From: Octopus sinensis
Lineage: Eukaryota
NCBI RefSeq assembly: GCF_006345805.1
Contig: NW_021836126.1
Coordinates: 186,001 to 250,000 of the forward strand
Length of the DNA stretch: 64,000 nt
Direction: 5' to 3'
Position 1 is the stretch's first letter; every line of letters begins with the position of its first letter. Shown here in pieces: positions 63,991-64,000 of the stretch. A program made the translations under genes and the position numbers. The notes under the pieces are model-generated. The model was not told where the DNA came from. It saw nothing but the letters and a program-made list of their open reading frames with translations, and made no database searches.

Positions 63991-64000
63991 TATCTTCTGT

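Overview
This is a eukaryotic, AT-rich, transposon-saturated window that uses the standard genetic code. It is not prokaryotic, and I found no operons or CRISPR arrays. I cannot identify the host from sequence alone, but it has very short spliceosomal introns (21-30 nt). The dominant structure is a head-to-tail array of APE-type LINEs of the Jockey/I group at 5.4-15.1 kb. The array holds one deleted and two full-length copies from divergent subfamilies. The 12-bp motif CCTGGGTATTTG sits at three junctions and a variant closes the array, which lies inside a TIR-bounded MITE-like element. This suggests sequence-specific retrotransposition into a DNA transposon. The copies share a covarying 3' hairpin and an AUGA/GUGA stop-start overlap between ORF1 and ORF2. 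The rest of the window is a mosaic of mobile-element remnants: a non-autonomous Helitron with a 94-bp tandem array, intron-bearing Ginger/GIN-like integrases, Tc1, pogo/Tigger, hAT, CRE, R4/Dong and RTE pieces, a twin-primed Ingi-like LINE and a 2-kb segmental duplication. Host gene islands include an apparently intact LST8 and partial or decayed RPN7, SF3B3, PP2A-C, AMPK-beta, MYST, VPS9, SLC17 and DnaJ. These islands show abrupt C-rich to G-rich strand-skew flips. A chlamydial/Legionella-type MOMP porin pseudogene lies next to one of them. Family assignments come from motif recognition only; no database search was run.
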